Of a stretch of DNA of 64,000 nt, positions 63,538-64,000 are shown piece after piece. This DNA is from Candidatus Dadabacteria bacterium (GTDB lineage: Bacteria > Desulfobacterota_D > UBA1144 > Nemesobacterales > Nemesobacteraceae), in the NCBI GenBank assembly GCA_007571325.1, contig RKRQ01000065.1, positions 7,972 through 71,971 on the forward strand, in the 5' to 3' direction. Position 1 is the stretch's first letter. The number at the start of each line of letters is the position of its first letter. The notes under the pieces were generated by a model that ran no database searches, was not told where the DNA came from, and was given only the letters and a program-made list of their open reading frames with translations. The position numbers were made by a program, and so were the translations under genes.

Positions 63538-64000
63538 AAAAATCGCAATAGTAACCGGGGCAACGAGAGGTATAGGAAAAGCAATAGCGGTTGAGTTGCT
63601 CAAAGCAGGGTTTTTTACAGTGCTTTGTTCAAAAACCCTCAAGTCAGCGGCTTCTCTCGAAAATGAAATATTATCTTTTTCGGGAAGTTTCATGATTTTC
63701 CCTCTTGATGTTTCGGTTGAACAAGAAGTAAGAAAGCTCATTTCAAGCATTGCGCAGAAAACAAAAAGAATTGATGTGCTAATCAATAACGCGGGTGTTG
63801 TTTTTACCGGTCCTATAGAAGAAACCGAAACTGAGCAATGGGATGAAATAATGGCAGTAAACGCAAAAGGAACCTTTCTTATGGTAAAGCATTCGCTTCC
63901 TCTTATGCTCAGAGGAAGCCAGATCGTAAATATTGGTTCAAACGCTTCAAAGAAAGGCTTCCCCTCATGGGCAGCGTACTGCGCTTCAAAATTCGCCGTT
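63530..64000 (+). CDS. Short-chain dehydrogenase/reductase, possibly sepiapterin reductase-like (runs off the window end; absent from the ORF track)
   Basis: Hand translation MDKKIAIVTGATRGIG...LINNAG...NIGS...YCASKF; overlaps the PTPS copy B stop. Confidence 0.88.
   Translation, partial: MDKKIAIVTGATRGIGKAIAVELLKAGFFTVLCSKTLKSAASLENEILSFSGSFMIFPLDVSVEQEVRKLISSIAQKTKRIDVLINNAGVVFTGPIEETETEQWDEIMAVNAKGTFLMVKHSLPLMLRGSQIVNIGSNASKKGFPSWAAYCASKFAV

Noticed and set aside
213..63786. Many 60-190 aa ORFs antisense to or out of frame within recognised genes
   Set aside because: Shadow ORFs of well-supported genes, with no motifs or independent signals.
1..64000. CRISPR arrays, IS elements, integrases, prophage or defence genes
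   Set aside because: No regularly spaced repeats and no transposase, recombinase or phage motifs were recognised.

Overview
A 64 kb, gene-dense, moderately AT-rich stretch of bacterial chromosome, mostly housekeeping genes in shuffled order. Information processing and chaperones: 3' part of rpoC, valS, proS, def, trmI, rsmG, hflX, nth, hrcA-grpE-dnaJ (no dnaK), clpB, a class B J-protein, tRNA-Lys and tRNA-Glu. Metabolism and other: purL/purF, pepA, ilvE, lpdA/lipB, metH, tpiA-secG, ferredoxin, pckA, mtnP, apbC/sufT, ispG and a lone nuoM. I saw no integrase, transposase, prophage, CRISPR or rRNA. The protein style suggests a deltaproteobacteria-related lineage, possibly Candidatus Dadabacteria (tentative, unverified). 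Main highlights: (1) two tandem animal-type PTPS paralogues that have lost complementary halves of the intersubunit Cys/Asp-His catalytic triad, coupled to a sepiapterin-reductase-like SDR, suggesting a heteromeric tetrahydrobiopterin-type pathway; (2) a ThrC-like enzyme plus Gly-Gly sulfur carrier divergent from gloB-metH, suggesting homocysteine synthesis from O-phosphohomoserine; (3) hflX apparently starting at ATA; (4) an uncalled 38-aa membrane protein gene; (5) repeated leaderless or near-leaderless promoters; (6) a nitroreductase plus small RHH-like protein operon; (7) a diverged HrcA with no CIRCE. All calls come from reading the sequence and recalled motifs; no searches were run.
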